Source: Lama glama (lineage: Eukaryota). From it: a DNA stretch of 64,000 nucleotides. The translations under genes were made by a program, and so were the position numbers. Under the pieces are notes generated by a model that searched no databases, had not been told where the DNA came from, and worked only from the letters and a program-made list of their open reading frames with translations. Location of the stretch: NCBI GenBank assembly GCA_028534125.1, contig CM052816.1, positions 13,828,001 through 13,892,000 on the forward strand, written 5' to 3'. Below are positions 63,752 to 64,000 of the stretch, in pieces; position 1 is the stretch's first letter, and each line of letters begins with the position of its first letter.

Positions 63752-64000
63752 TGTAGTGTCCCTTCTTAACTGTTATCACGCATCAATACCCTTAAAATAC
63801 CCAAACCTTACCTTTCTAATTACAATTAATGGAAAAAGCATTAAAAAACCGAAGGAATAGATGCAAATTATATAGCTTTATGAAACAATGGGTGATCAAC
63901 CTGGGGACACCTGACGAGCCCTATCTTCTTCTAGTTAGTCAATCGGCTGAATCTCATGAGTCGTGAAAAAGAAAGGGAGGTCCCCAAACCAGAGCAGGCA

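Noticed and set aside
1..64000. FGF1 coding sequence or any other protein-coding gene
   Set aside because: No frame shows FGF1 peptide (MAEGEITTFTALTEKFNLP..., KPKLLYCSNGG). The listed ORFs are short, low-complexity, often lack a true ATG, and overlap repeats.
1..64000. CRISPR arrays, tRNA/rRNA/snoRNA/miRNA genes, foreign or prokaryotic inserts, antisense lncRNA exons
   Set aside because: None was recognisable by eye, and composition is consistently mammalian intronic. Small RNAs or lncRNA exons cannot be excluded without covariance-model searches or expression data.

Overview
Mammalian genomic DNA with no protein-coding exon. It is probably from a camelid, judging by the young L1 3' tails and the absence of Alu, Bov-tA, PRE-1 or Can-SINE. 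I recognise it as the 5' regulatory half of the FGF1 (acidic FGF) gene on the + strand. It holds untranslated first exon 1A (donor at 7983), preceded by a DR1/PPRE, and brain-type exon 1B (donor at 18103), preceded by the RR-2/RFX element. It also holds a probable exon 1C (donor at 56066) and a possible further unannotated first exon (donor at 24169). The FGF1 coding exons (MAEGEITTF...) are absent and should lie beyond the 3' end. The rest is intronic sequence rich in L1, L2, MIR, MLT1 and hAT (MER5/MER20) relics plus microsatellites. The ORF-track ORFs are spurious or L1 remnants. I found no new biological system. The best leads are regulatory: an altered RFX half-site in the 1B promoter, two uORFs in the 1A leader, a candidate extra first exon ending in ATG, and a chimeric L1 insertion. 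Comparisons with human FGF1 come from recalled sequence, not an alignment. Repeat boundaries and subfamilies are approximate.
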